64,000 nt of DNA from an uncultured delta proteobacterium (GCA_963778655.1 CAVZVA010000009.1:1472001-1536000), one strand, 5' to 3'; shown: positions 1 through 9,370, numbered from the stretch's first letter. Program-made: numbers and translations. The notes: generated by a model from the letters alone, not told the origin.

Positions 1-1760
1 TCCTCGACGCTGCGCATGGTGGCCCAGAACGAGGCGCCCGAGTCGAACCAGACGTCGAGGATGCTATCGTCCTTGTCGAACGCCTGGCCGCCGCAGCCGG
101 CGCAGCGAAAGCCGGGCGGCGCCAGCTCCGCGGCCTGGCGTCGATACCAGGCATCGCTGCCCTCGCGGCCCACGATCTCGGCCACGTGCTCCACCAGCGC
201 CAGGTCGAGCGACACATGGCGACAGTCGCGGCAGTGCAGCGCGGGGATCGGCACGCCCCACACGCGCTGGCGCGAGAGGCACCAGTCGGGGCGCTCGGCC
301 AGCATGCCGTGAATGCGCTCGCGCCCCCAGGCGGGAATCCAGCCGCTCTGCACGCCTTCGCCGCCGAGATCGCGTCCGGCGGCGATGGCGTCGATTTCCG
401 AAAGCGCCAGCTGGCGCAGCGTCTTGCCGTCGTCGCGCCCGTGCATCGGCTGGTCGAGCGCGATGAACCATTGGGTGGTGGCCCGAAACACGATCGGGCT
501 CTTGCAGCGCCAGCAGCACGGATAGCTGTGGCGGACGCTCTCGCCCTCGCGGTTGGCGAGCACGCCGCGCTGGGCCAGGAAGCGGACGATCTTCGGGTTG
601 GCCTCCAACACGTGCAGCCCGCGCCATGGCTCGTGCACCTCGTCGGTGAAGCGCGCGCCGTCGTCGACCGGCGCGAACGCCGGAAGGCCGTGCTCCTGCC
701 CCAGCCGGTAGTCGTCGGCCCCGTGGCCGGGCGCGGTGTGCACCAGCCCGGTGCCGGCCTCGAGCGTGACGTGCTCGGCCGCGAGCAGCGGCGAGGCGCG
801 ATCCTCGAAGGGATGGCGCGCCTGCGCTCCGGCCAGCGCGGCGCCTTCGGGCTCGCGCGCGCCGCGGCCTTGCTCGCTGCGTAAGGTGGCTGTGAGCACC
901 GCGGCGGCGAGCTCGCTCGCGACGATCCACAGCTCGCCGCCCACGTCGATGGCGGCGTAGCGGTGGCGCGGGTGCACGGCGATCGCCAGGTTCGCCGGCA
1001 GCGTCCAGGGCGTGGTGGTCCAGATCAACGCGTGCAGCGGCAGCGCGCACTGGCGCGCGTCGAGCCCGAACGCCGCGCCCAGGCGCGCCGCGTCATCGCC
1101 CAGCACGGGGAACTTGACGTAGATGCTGGGCGAGACGTGGTCGTAGTACTCGACTTCGGCCTCGGCCAACGCAGTGTGGCAGTGGCCGCACCAGTGCACC
1201 GGCTTCTTGCCGCGGTACACCAGCTCGTGGCGCACGAACGCGGCCAGCGCCTGCAGAATCCCGCGCTCGTAGCCGGGGTCGAGCGTGAGGTAGGGCTGCT
1301 CCCAGGTCCCGAATACGCCCAGGCGCTCGAAGCCCTTGCGCTGCACCGCCACCCACTTGAGCGCCTCGCGGCGGCAGGCGGCGCGCAGCGCAAGCGGATC
1401 GAGCTGCCCCTTCTTTTCGCCCAGCGCGCGCTCGACGTTGAGCTCGATCGGTAAGCCGTGGCAATCCCAGCCCGGCACGAAGCGCGTCAGGCGGCCCGCC
1501 AGCGTCTGGTACTTGACCACGATGTCCTTGAGCACCCGGTTGAGGACGTGGCCGTAGTGGATGTTGCCGTTGGCGTAGGGCGGTCCGTCGTGGAACACGT
1601 AGCGCGGCGCGTGCGCGCGGGCCTGCAGCGCCCGTTCGTAGACGCGCTGCTCGCTCCAGCGTGCCAGCACCTGCGGCTCGCGCTGCGCCAGGTTGGCCCG
1701 CATCGGGAAGTCCGTCTGCGGAAGCAGAATCGTGCGTTTATAGTCCGCCGCGTCGCCCAA
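1..1760 (-). CDS. ileS: Isoleucine--tRNA ligase (5' part; runs off the window start)
   Basis: Manual minus-strand translation gives DYKRTILLPQTDFPMRANL, FHDGPPYANGNIHYGH (HIGH region), PGWDCHGLPIE, IWTTTPWTLPAN, GTGLVHTAPGHG and RPDWCLSRQRVWGVPIP. TTG start at 1760 is tentative. Not listed in the ORF track. Confidence 0.95.
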   Translation of the reverse strand, partial: MGDAADYKRTILLPQTDFPMRANLAQREPQVLARWSEQRVYERALQARAHAPRYVFHDGPPYANGNIHYGHVLNRVLKDIVVKYQTLAGRLTRFVPGWDCHGLPIELNVERALGEKKGQLDPLALRAACRREALKWVAVQRKGFERLGVFGTWEQPYLTLDPGYERGILQALAAFVRHELVYRGKKPVHWCGHCHTALAEAEVEYYDHVSPSIYVKFPVLGDDAARLGAAFGLDARQCALPLHALIWTTTPWTLPANLAIAVHPRHRYAAIDVGGELWIVASELAAAVLTATLRSEQGRGAREPEGAALAGAQARHPFEDRASPLLAAEHVTLEAGTGLVHTAPGHGADDYRLGQEHGLPAFAPVDDGARFTDEVHEPWRGLHVLEANPKIVRFLAQRGVLANREGESVRHSYPCCWRCKSPIVFRATTQWFIALDQPMHGRDDGKTLRQLALSEIDAIAAGRDLGGEGVQSGWIPAWGRERIHGMLAERPDWCLSRQRVWGVPIPALHCRDCRHVSLDLALVEHVAEIVGREGSDAWYRRQAAELAPPGFRCAGCGGQAFDKDDSILDVWFDSGASFWATMRSVE

Positions 1761-1852
1761 AGCTCGGCCCCGCGCTGCTGGTCGTGCGTCCGCCGGCTTC
1801 TAGCACGCCGCGCCCTCAGGTCAAAAGCGCCAGGCTGCTCACCCGAATCAGC

Positions 1853-2374
1853 CTACAGCCCGGCGCGTGCCCGGCGTCGCTCGCGTTCGAGCACCGGCTC
1901 CATCTCGCGCTGGGCCGCGGCCGCCTCGAGCAGGATCAGCTCGTCGTGCTCCTCGCGATGCGAGGAGACTGCGACGAAGGCTTCCATCGCGCGGGCCGGC
2001 GCGACCTGTCCGGCGCTGCGGCCCGGCAGCACCAGCGCCGTGCTGCGCACGCGCGCGCGCGCCAGCGTGTCGAGCATGTGCGTGATCGCGGATTGCAGCA
2101 ACGCGTCGCCGAACTGTGCGCGCGGCCCCAGCCCGATCAGGAACAGCTTGTCCATGCTGAGCTTGGGCCGCCCGGGGATCAGCACGGTCTCCAGCTCTGC
2201 GCCCTCGACCCGTCCGCTGCGCAGCAGCCGCGAGACGAAACCGCACATGCGCCAGTCGAGCAGCCCCAGCGCGCCCCGCAGCGGCCGCTCGTCACGAAAG
2301 AAGGGCAGCGCCAGCGCCTCGCAGCGCAAGGCGTCGATCTGCGGCAGCTCCGGCGCGGCGAAGCGGATGTGCAT
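1853..2374 (-). CDS. Stand-alone leucyl aminopeptidase (M17) N-terminal-domain-like protein
   Basis: ERPLRGALGLLDWRMCG...KLFLIGLG resembles the non-catalytic N-domain of M17 peptidases; tightly packed after nusB. Confidence 0.65.
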   Translation of the reverse strand: MHIRFAAPELPQIDALRCEALALPFFRDERPLRGALGLLDWRMCGFVSRLLRSGRVEGAELETVLIPGRPKLSMDKLFLIGLGPRAQFGDALLQSAITHMLDTLARARVRSTALVLPGRSAGQVAPARAMEAFVAVSSHREEHDELILLEAAAAQREMEPVLERERRRARAGL

Positions 2375-2377
2375 GGC

Positions 2378-2788
2378 TCAGGGCTTGGCCAGCTCGGCCG
2401 CGATACGGTCGAGCACGCCGTTGACGAAGGCGGAGCTGTCCTCGTTGCCGAAGCGCTTGGCCAGCTCCACCGCCTCGTTCAGCGTAACCCGCGCCGGCAC
2501 CTGCGGCAGCCGCATCAGCTCGAAGGTCGCCAGGCGTAGGATGTTGCGGTCGACGCGCGCCATTCGCTCCAGGCGCCAGTGCCGGCTGACCTCGCGGATC
2601 TTGGCGTCGATCTCGGGCAGCGCGCCCGCGCAGCCGCGCACCAGCGTGACCACGAACTCGTCGGTGTCGTCGTCCTGGCCCAGGTGCTCGCGATAGAGCT
2701 CGATCGCGCGCTCGGCGTCCTCGCCGCTCAGATCCATCTGGTAGAGGATCTGCAAGGCTGCTTCGCGGGCTTTGCGGCGCGATCCCAT
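2378..2788 (-). CDS. nusB: Transcription antitermination factor NusB
   Basis: RRKAREAALQILYQ, W..ERMARVDRNILRLA, NEAVELAKRFG, FVNGVLD. Confidence 0.97.
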   Translation of the reverse strand: MGSRRKAREAALQILYQMDLSGEDAERAIELYREHLGQDDDTDEFVVTLVRGCAGALPEIDAKIREVSRHWRLERMARVDRNILRLATFELMRLPQVPARVTLNEAVELAKRFGNEDSSAFVNGVLDRIAAELAKP

Positions 2789-2798
2789 AGGGAGAGAC

Positions 2799-2866
2799 TC
2801 ACAGGAAGACGAGAAGACGGGAAGCGCGGAACCGCCTGGTTCTGCCCCTCTTCCCGTCTTCCTGTG
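2799..2866. repeat. REP-like palindrome, family A (CACAGGAAGACG...CGTCTTCCTGTG)
   Basis: Intergenic inverted repeat with related copies at 10307, 14465, 19934, 23609, 31341, 33226 and 46698. Confidence 0.8.
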
Positions 2867-2941
2867 TCTGTAAAGAAGGCATTTCCGCTTCTGCGACCGG
2901 TCCGGCCGTGCAGCTGCAGGCCCGGCCGGTCGAGCCGCGCA

Positions 2942-3433
2942 TCAGTAGCCGAGCTCGCCCAGCGCGCGCCCCAGGCTCACCATCTCGATCGCGGCCATGG
3001 CCGCGTCGGCACCCTTGTTGCCGGCCTTGGTGCCGGCGCGCTCGATCGCCTGCTCGATGCTCTCGGTGGTGAGCACGCCGAAGGCCACCGGCACTCCGGT
3101 GCTGGTGGCGACCGCGCCGCAGCCCTTGGCCGCCTCGCCGGCGACGAAGTCGAAGTGCGGGGTGGCGCCACGGATCACGCAGCCGAGCGCGATCACCGCC
3201 TCGACCTTGCCGCTGGCCGCGATGCGCTGGCACAGCAGCGGGAGCTCGAACGCGCCCGGCGCTTTGGCCAGCAGGATGTTGCCTTCGGCCACGCCGTGCC
3301 GGCGCAGCGCGTCGATCGCGCCTTCCACCAGGCGGTCCACGATCAGCTCGTTGAAACGCGCAGCTACGATCGCGAAGCGCGCGCCCTGCGGCGCCGCCAG
3401 CGTGCCCACGATGCGCTTGATCTCGTCGCCCAT
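2942..3433 (-). CDS. ribH: 6,7-dimethyl-8-ribityllumazine synthase
   Basis: [39 protein letters not shown]. Confidence 0.97.
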   Translation of the reverse strand: MGDEIKRIVGTLAAPQGARFAIVAARFNELIVDRLVEGAIDALRRHGVAEGNILLAKAPGAFELPLLCQRIAASGKVEAVIALGCVIRGATPHFDFVAGEAAKGCGAVATSTGVPVAFGVLTTESIEQAIERAGTKAGNKGADAAMAAIEMVSLGRALGELGY

Positions 3434-3467
3434 GACTCCCTCGGTGCTGCCGGCGTGTATACCATGA

Positions 3468-4580
3468 CTACCGACTCGCCAGCCCGCCCTCGATCAGCAC
3501 GTCGGGCCCGAAGCGGCGCACGCGCGGCTGCTCCAGCACGAAGGCTTGGTCGATGCGGCTGCGCGGCCGGCCGTCCGCCAGCGAGCGGCCCTGGGCATCG
3601 CCCAGGATCTTGGGTGCCACGAACACCGCTGCCGCGTCGGCCAGTCCCTGGTCGAGGAACGCGGCGTGCACGCGGCTGCCGCCCTCGACCAGCAGCCGCA
3701 TCACGTCGCGGCGGCCGAGCTCGCGCAGCACGCTGCGCAGGCGCAGCCGGCCGTGGCGGTCGAGCGGGACCTCCGCCAGCATCACGCCGCGCGCGAGCAG
3801 CGCGTTGCGGCGCCGCGCGGCAGCCTCCGGCCCGTGAAAGATCAGCGTCGTCAGTCCGTTCCCGACCCGCGCGAGCTGGCTGCCCGGCGGAGTGCGCAGG
3901 GCACTGTCGAGCACCACGCGCAGCGGCTGCGGCCCGCGCACCGCCCGCACGCTGAGCGCCGGGTCATCCGCCAGTGCCGTGCCCACCCCGACCAGCACCG
4001 CGTCGGCCTGCGCGCGCATGCGGTGTGCCTGACGCCGCGCCGCCGCCGAGGTGATCCACCTGGAGTCGCCGCGGCGCGTGGCCAGCTTGCCGTCCAGCGT
4101 GACCGCGGCCTTGAGCGTGACGTAGGGCATGCCCGTCAGCGCCAGCTTGGCGAAGTCCGCGATCACCGCCTCGGCCTGCGCCCGGTGCACGCTGCCCACC
4201 TCGACCTGGATGCCGGCCGCGCGCAGCTTGGCGCGCCCGCCGGCGACGTGCGGGGACGGATCGGCGCAGCCTGCCACCACGCGCCGCACGCCGGCCGCGA
4301 TCACGGCGTCGGTGCAGGGGCCGGTGCGGCCGTGATGGTTGCAGGGCTCGAGCGTCACGTAGAGCGTGGCGCCGCGCGCGCGCGCACCGGCGCGCGCCAG
4401 CGCGACCGCTTCGGCGTGCGGCCCACCGCAGCGGGCGTGATGACCCACCGCGACGATCCGCGCGCCCTGGGCCACCACCGCGCCCACGTGCGGGTTGGGG
4501 CTGGTGCGGCCCTTGCGCGCCTCGCGCAGCGCGCGTGCCATCAACGCGGCGTCCAGCGTGGCCTGCCGCTCGCGCTTCAT
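3468..4580 (-). CDS. ribD: Riboflavin biosynthesis deaminase/reductase
   Basis: [46 protein letters not shown]. Confidence 0.96.
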   Translation of the reverse strand: MKRERQATLDAALMARALREARKGRTSPNPHVGAVVAQGARIVAVGHHARCGGPHAEAVALARAGARARGATLYVTLEPCNHHGRTGPCTDAVIAAGVRRVVAGCADPSPHVAGGRAKLRAAGIQVEVGSVHRAQAEAVIADFAKLALTGMPYVTLKAAVTLDGKLATRRGDSRWITSAAARRQAHRMRAQADAVLVGVGTALADDPALSVRAVRGPQPLRVVLDSALRTPPGSQLARVGNGLTTLIFHGPEAAARRRNALLARGVMLAEVPLDRHGRLRLRSVLRELGRRDVMRLLVEGGSRVHAAFLDQGLADAAAVFVAPKILGDAQGRSLADGRPRSRIDQAFVLEQPRVRRFGPDVLIEGGLASR

Positions 4581-5050
4581 TCCTCACCCTGCTGGCTCTT
4601 GCTGGTCAGCAGCTGGGAGAGCTCGGACATGAACTCGTGGATGTCGCGAAAGCTGCGGTACACGCTGGCGAAGCGCACGTACGCCACCTGATCGATCTCG
4701 CGCAGGTGCTGCATTACCTGCTCGCCGATGGCCGACGATTCGACCTCCTTGTCGCCGGACTCGACCAGCGCGCGCTCGATGTGGTCGACCAGGGCGTCGA
4801 GCGCTTCGGTCGCCACCGGTCGCTTCTCGCAGGCGCGCCGCAGCCCGGCCAGCACCTTGAGCCGGTCGAAGACCTCGCGACGCCCGTCCTTTTTGACCAC
4901 CATCGGCAGCACCAGCTCGATGCGTTCGTAGGTGGTGAAGCGGCGCGCGCAGCCTTCGCACTCACGCCGGCGCCGGATCACCTCGTCGCCTTGCGAAAGG
5001 CGCGAGTCGGTCACCTTGTTGTCGACGCTGCCGCAGAACGGGCATTTCAT
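4577..5050 (-). CDS. nrdR: Transcriptional repressor NrdR
   Basis: MKCPFC, RRRREC..C..RFTTYE, ATP-cone, [10 protein letters not shown]. Confidence 0.98.
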   Translation of the reverse strand: MKCPFCGSVDNKVTDSRLSQGDEVIRRRRECEGCARRFTTYERIELVLPMVVKKDGRREVFDRLKVLAGLRRACEKRPVATEALDALVDHIERALVESGDKEVESSAIGEQVMQHLREIDQVAYVRFASVYRSFRDIHEFMSELSQLLTSKSQQGEE

Positions 5051-5150
5051 GACGGTATCGTGGGGGCTTCTAATACAATGAGCCCAGATTTCAACCGCAA
5101 CCCTGTGGTTTTCCTCAGGTCTCGCGCGTATCGAAGCCGACCCGCTCGGC

Positions 5151-6434
5151 TCAGGTCCGCACCAGCCGCACCACGCTCTCGAGGTGGGCGGTCATCGGGA
5201 ACATGTCGAACAGCGCGGCCGCGTCGGCCCGGTAGCCGCTGCGCGCCAGCTCGCCGAGATCGCGACCGAGCGTGGTCAGCTCGCAGGACACGTACACGAT
5301 GCGTGCGGGCTTGCGTCCCACGATGGCCGGCAGCGCCGCGCGCGCGCCCGCGCGCGGCGGGTCGAGCACCACCACGTCGACCGCGCCCTTGCCGAGCGCG
5401 CCGTGGGCCGCGTCGTCGCACACCACCTTGGCGCGCGTGAGACCGCGCTCGCGCAGATTCTGCCGGCAGGCCTCGGCGGCGGCGCGGTCGCTCTCGACCG
5501 CGCGCAGCTCGGCGCAGTCCCGCGCCAGCCCCACGCTCAGGTTGCCGTGGCCGGCGTACAGCTCGAGCACGCGCGCGCCCTGCGGCTGGGCCAGCGCGAG
5601 CACCTGCGCGGCGAGCCGCGCGTTGACCTCCGGATTGGCCTGGGTGAACGCACCGGCCGGCGCCCACAGCGGCTCGCCGTCGCTGCCCGGCGCCTGCAGC
5701 CGCCCGTCACCGAACACGGCCGCCACGCCCTCGCCCACACGCAGCGCGAGCCCGCGCAGGCCGCCGCCCGCGACCAGCGCCTCGGCCGCGGCGTAGGCCG
5801 CCGGCGGCTGCGGCTCGGCGCTGCTCAGCTCGGCGACGCAGCCTTGCTGCGTACCGACCCCGAGCGCGATCTCGCCGCGTCCGTGCAGCGCGGGCGCGAG
5901 GCGCGCGCGCAGCGCGGCGTAGCCGCCGGCCAGCACCGGCCCGAGCACGGCGCAGCTGTCCACCTCGAGCAACCGGCGGCTGCCGGGCGCGTGGTAGCCG
6001 ACGCAGATCGCGCCGCGCTCGCCGTCGCGCTGCCAGGCCAGGCGCGCGCGCGTCCGGTAGCCGAGCGCGTGCGGGCTCGCGAACAGCGCGGGCTGCAGCG
6101 TCCAGCCCAGGCGCGACAACAGCCGGCTCAGCCGCTCCTGTTTGAAGCGCAGCGCGGCCGGCTCCGCCAGCGTCATCAGCGGACAGCCGCCGCAGCGCGG
6201 CTGCAGCGGACAGGGCGCCTCGACCCGCTCGGCGCTGCGCTCGAGCAGCGCCAGCACGCTGCCGCGCTGCGCCCCGCCGCCGCGCCCGCCCAAGCGCACG
6301 CGCACGCGCTCGCCCGGCAACGCGCCGCGCGCGAGCACGATCCCGCGCGCGGTCTCGACCACGGCCTCGCCGCCTGCGGTCAGGTCGCGCACCCGCCCCT
6401 CGAGCTCGAAGTCCGCCCGCTGCCGCGCTGCCAT
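5151..6434 (-). CDS. RlmD/TrmA-family RNA (uracil-C5) methyltransferase
   Basis: TRAM-like N-terminus, C...CGGC Fe-S motif, [35 protein letters not shown]. Start placed at MAARQR. Confidence 0.9.
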   Translation of the reverse strand: MAARQRADFELEGRVRDLTAGGEAVVETARGIVLARGALPGERVRVRLGGRGGGAQRGSVLALLERSAERVEAPCPLQPRCGGCPLMTLAEPAALRFKQERLSRLLSRLGWTLQPALFASPHALGYRTRARLAWQRDGERGAICVGYHAPGSRRLLEVDSCAVLGPVLAGGYAALRARLAPALHGRGEIALGVGTQQGCVAELSSAEPQPPAAYAAAEALVAGGGLRGLALRVGEGVAAVFGDGRLQAPGSDGEPLWAPAGAFTQANPEVNARLAAQVLALAQPQGARVLELYAGHGNLSVGLARDCAELRAVESDRAAAEACRQNLRERGLTRAKVVCDDAAHGALGKGAVDVVVLDPPRAGARAALPAIVGRKPARIVYVSCELTTLGRDLGELARSGYRADAAALFDMFPMTAHLESVVRLVRT

Positions 6435-6602
6435 GTCGGCAAAGGTGTCATGGTGCAGCTGCGCCAACCACCCGTGCCCGCCCGAGCGCGGGGCACGCGC
6501 GCGACTGCGCGGCGCGCGATCGGTCGCTTTGTTCCCCGTTCGCTGGCGTGCGGAGGCAAGATCGGTTGTCGATCTGGACACCCTTTGTCACGATCAGAGA
6601 GA

Positions 6603-6860
6603 GTGGACGACGAGCCCCCACGCAAGCCGGCCGCGGCCGACGAAAACGTCGACAAGGCGCGGCGCCGGCTGCTGCGCACGATGGTCTACGCCGCGCCGCT
6701 GGTGGTGAGCACCGTGATCATCAAGCCCGCGCACGCCCAGCTGCTTTCGTGCGGTCCGTCGTCGTGTCCCCCCAATGGCGGCGCTTGTCCTCCCAACGGC
6801 GGCGGCTGCCCCCCCAACGGCGGGCCTTGCGGCCCCTCCAACTGCAAGCCGAGGAACTGA
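6603..6860 (+). CDS. Putative RiPP precursor, 85 aa: Tat-like leader plus Cys/Pro/Asn/Gly repeat core
   Basis: GTG start; MDDEPPRKPAAADENVDKARRRLLRTMVYAAPLVVSTVIIKPAHA-QLLSCGPSSCPPNGGACPPNGGGCPPNGGPCGPSNCKPRN. Hidden at the end of shadow ORF 5184..6860 and directly upstream of rSAM-PqqD-kinase genes. Confidence 0.85.
   Translation: MDDEPPRKPAAADENVDKARRRLLRTMVYAAPLVVSTVIIKPAHAQLLSCGPSSCPPNGGACPPNGGGCPPNGGPCGPSNCKPRN
6765..6827 (+). repeat. 3 x 21-nt coding tandem repeat (CPPNGGx)
   Basis: tgtccccccaatggcggcgct / tgtcctcccaacggcggcggc / tgcccccccaacggcgggcct; most differences are synonymous. Confidence 0.9.
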
Positions 6861-6940
6861 CGTGGAGGCCTCGCCGGGTCCGGTTCTTCCACTGATCGCG
6901 CTGCGTATGATCAGGGCGGCCAGACCCCGCTTTATTGACA

Positions 6941-7025
6941 AGGGGCGGCACGCGCCGCCCCTCCCCGGCGGAGGAAATCCGCCGGGGCCCCTCCTCACGC
7001 GGGGCCGCGCTTCGCGGCCTTTCTT
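6941..7025 (+). repeat. Multi-hairpin intergenic element, family C; last hairpin is terminator-like
   Basis: Hairpins gggcggc-acgc-gccgccc, ccccggcgga-ggaaa-tccgccgggg and ggccgcg-ctt-cgcggcc followed by tttctt. Related reverse-strand copies at 22383-22446 and 23660-23745. Confidence 0.75.
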
Positions 7026-7049
7026 GCGCACACGCGGTCCGTGCTCAGC

Positions 7050-8199
7050 ATGAGAATCCGGGCTCGGCGGCGCCCGCGCGCTCTACCTTCCGCCGGGCTG
7101 GCTGGCGCTCGACCGCGGCGACCGGCTGGAGCTGCTCGAGTGCGCGGGCGGCAGCCGGCTCGAGCTGACCGGCAGCCTGCGCGAGGAGTTGCTCGCGGGC
7201 AGGCGGCCCCGGGTGCTCGCCAGCATGGCGCGCTTCGACCCCGCGCTCGCACGCTTCGAGGCCGCGCTGCAGACCTCGGTGCTCTACCCGCTGGACCGTG
7301 CCCGGCTGCTGCGCGGGGCGGGTTTCAGCCAGTTGTTCGTGGAGCTGACCGCGCGCTGCAACGAGCGCTGCGTGCACTGCTACGCCGAGTCCAGCCCCGA
7401 GCGTGGCGAAGCGCTTTCGCAGCCGGCGCTGCGCGCGGTGCTCGAGGACGCGCGCGCGCTCGGCTTCGAGAACGTGCAGCTCACCGGCGGCGATCCGCTG
7501 GTCAGCCCGCTGTGCGCGTGGGCGGTCCAGCACGCCGCGGGGCTGGGCATCGCGCGGATCGAGCTCTACACCAACGGCCTCGGGCTCCACGATCGGCTCT
7601 ACGCCCAGCTCAGGCCCTACCCGGTGGCATTCGCGTTCTCGTTCTACGCGGCCGACCCCCAGGTCCACGATGCCATCACCGGCACCCGCGGCAGCCAGCG
7701 CCGCACCCTGGCCGCGATCACGCGCGTGCTGGCAGACGGGTTGCCGCTGCGCGTGAGCGTGATCGTGATGGATCAGAACCGCACGCAGCTCGAGGCCACG
7801 CGCGCGCTGCTGCTCGGGCTCGGCCTGCCCGAGGACGCGCTCGGCATGGACGTGCAGCGCAGCGTGGGCCGCGGTCTGATGACCATCCGGCCCAAGCAGT
7901 CGGGTATCACGGGGACGCCCGGGGGCCACAAGGCGAACGAGGCCGCATGGCTGAGCGGGCGGGCCGCGGTCAGCTATGACGGCACGGTCTATCCCTGCAT
8001 CTTCAGCCGCGGCTTCGCGCTCGGCAGCGTGTACGAGCGGCCGCTGCGCGAGATCTTGACCGATTCGCAGCCGTTGGTGCTCGATCCGGAGGCGATGGCG
8101 GCCGAGTACGGACGGCGAGAGGAGCAGCTGGCGTGTTGGGACTGCCGGCTGCGCGCGGCCCTGCTCGCGACCCAGCCGGTCGCGGAGACGGCGCCGTGA
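7050..8199 (+). CDS. Radical SAM peptide maturase with a reduced SPASM/Twitch-like C-terminus (apparent +1 frameshift near 7056)
   Basis: VELTARCNERCVHCY (CxxxCxxC), LTGGDPL, YTNG, DGTVYPC...CWDC. The frame is open and coding-like from 7054; ATG 7050 joins it if one base is removed. The ORF track starts at TTG 7189. Confidence 0.88.
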
Positions 8200-8474
8200 G
8201 CACGCAGGCCAAGATCCCCATCCCCGTGGCCAGGGTGGCCCACGAGGTGCAGGACGGCGGCGATGTGGTGCTATTCGACGCCAAGGGCAACCGCTTGCTG
8301 CTGCTCAACGACGTCGGCGCGGCGGTCTGGCTGCTGCTCGATGGCGCGCGCTCGGTGGCCGAGATCGCGCGCCTGGTCACCGAATCGCTGCCCGCCGACA
8401 GCGTGCGGGTGCAGCGGGACGTGCAGGCGTTCGTGGACGAGTTGGTCTCCCACGGCGTGGTCGAGCTGCGGTGA
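8196..8474 (+). CDS. PqqD-family / RiPP recognition element (RRE) protein
   Basis: About 92 aa; LLNDVGAAVWLLLDGARSVAEIA...VQRDVQAFVDELVSHGVV; GTGA overlap with the rSAM stop. Confidence 0.92.
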   Translation: MSTQAKIPIPVARVAHEVQDGGDVVLFDAKGNRLLLLNDVGAAVWLLLDGARSVAEIARLVTESLPADSVRVQRDVQAFVDELVSHGVVELR

Positions 8475-9319
8475 GGCGGAACGCAGCCGCCGGCGGGCAG
8501 TCGCTGCGCTTCTTCGTCTCGCACGTGCGGGTCCGCGTGCGCGCGCAGCTGCCGGAGGTGATGGACGGCATGTCGGCGGTATGGGGCGCGTGCAGTCGCC
8601 CGCTGGTTCCGGTCACGGCCAACGCCGAGCTGGCGGTAGCGGGCGCCGGCGGTGGCTATGCCGTGACCGGCCCCGACGGCCGGCGCTCCCCCTGCGAGCG
8701 CCGCGAGGACGCGCTGCCGCTGCTCGAGAGCGCGCTCTACGCGGCGCTGCCGCAATGGCACGCGGGGCTGGTGCAGCTGCACGCGGCGTGCCTGTGCCGC
8801 GGCCAGACCAGCGTGCTGCTGCTGGGTCGCTCGGGCGCGGGCAAGAGCAGCCTGGCGCTCGCGGCGCTGCGGCGCGGCTATGCGTACTTCGGCGACGAGT
8901 TGGCGCTCACCGACGGCACGCGGCTGTGGGGCGTGCCGCGCGCGATCCAGTTCTCGCCCGTGGGCGCGCAGGATGCGCCGCCGCCCTGGGCGCGCGATGC
9001 CGACCTCTCGCACTACCGGATGCGGCTTCCGGGCGACCGGCCGGGCGCAGTGCCGCTGGTGTGCCCGCGCCCGGAGCAGATCCCGGCGCAGGCGGTTACC
9101 GCCGCCGGCACGCACGTGTACGCGATCGCGCGCGGCACGCCCGCACGGCTGCAGGCGTGCTCGCCGCTGCAGGCCCTGGCGCTGCTGCACGAGGCCGCGT
9201 TCAGCGCGCCCGGCCTCAGCCTGGGCGCGCTGGTGGGCGCGGGCCGCTGCGGACGGCTGACCTGGGACGAGCCCGAGCGCGGGCTGGATCTGCTGGATGC
9301 GGAGTTGGCACGCGCCTGA
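8471..9319 (+). CDS. HPr kinase-related P-loop kinase
   Basis: LHAA...LLLGRSGAGKSSLA...GY.YFGDE matches the HprK-like LHA / Walker A / DD(E) layout; GTGA overlap with pqqD. Confidence 0.82.
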   Translation: MRRNAAAGGQSLRFFVSHVRVRVRAQLPEVMDGMSAVWGACSRPLVPVTANAELAVAGAGGGYAVTGPDGRRSPCERREDALPLLESALYAALPQWHAGLVQLHAACLCRGQTSVLLLGRSGAGKSSLALAALRRGYAYFGDELALTDGTRLWGVPRAIQFSPVGAQDAPPPWARDADLSHYRMRLPGDRPGAVPLVCPRPEQIPAQAVTAAGTHVYAIARGTPARLQACSPLQALALLHEAAFSAPGLSLGALVGAGRCGRLTWDEPERGLDLLDAELARA

Positions 9320-9370
9320 CGGCGCGCGCCCGGCATTGAAAGCAATTCAAGCCGTGGTAATCAGGACCTC

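Noticed and set aside
5184..6602. 558-aa plus-strand ORF 5184..6860 as a single gene
   Set aside because: Its first part is the antisense shadow of the RNA methyltransferase; only the last 85 codons look like a real gene.
6775..7053. In-frame TGA at 7051 as selenocysteine/readthrough extending the rSAM upstream
   Set aside because: The upstream frame crosses a non-coding hairpin repeat and is not protein-like. ATG 7050 plus one extra base explains the data and matches three other sites.
6603..9319. Lasso peptide or PQQ cluster
   Set aside because: No asparagine-synthetase-like cyclase, B2 protease or pqqB/C; the precursor lacks the PqqA ExxxY motif.
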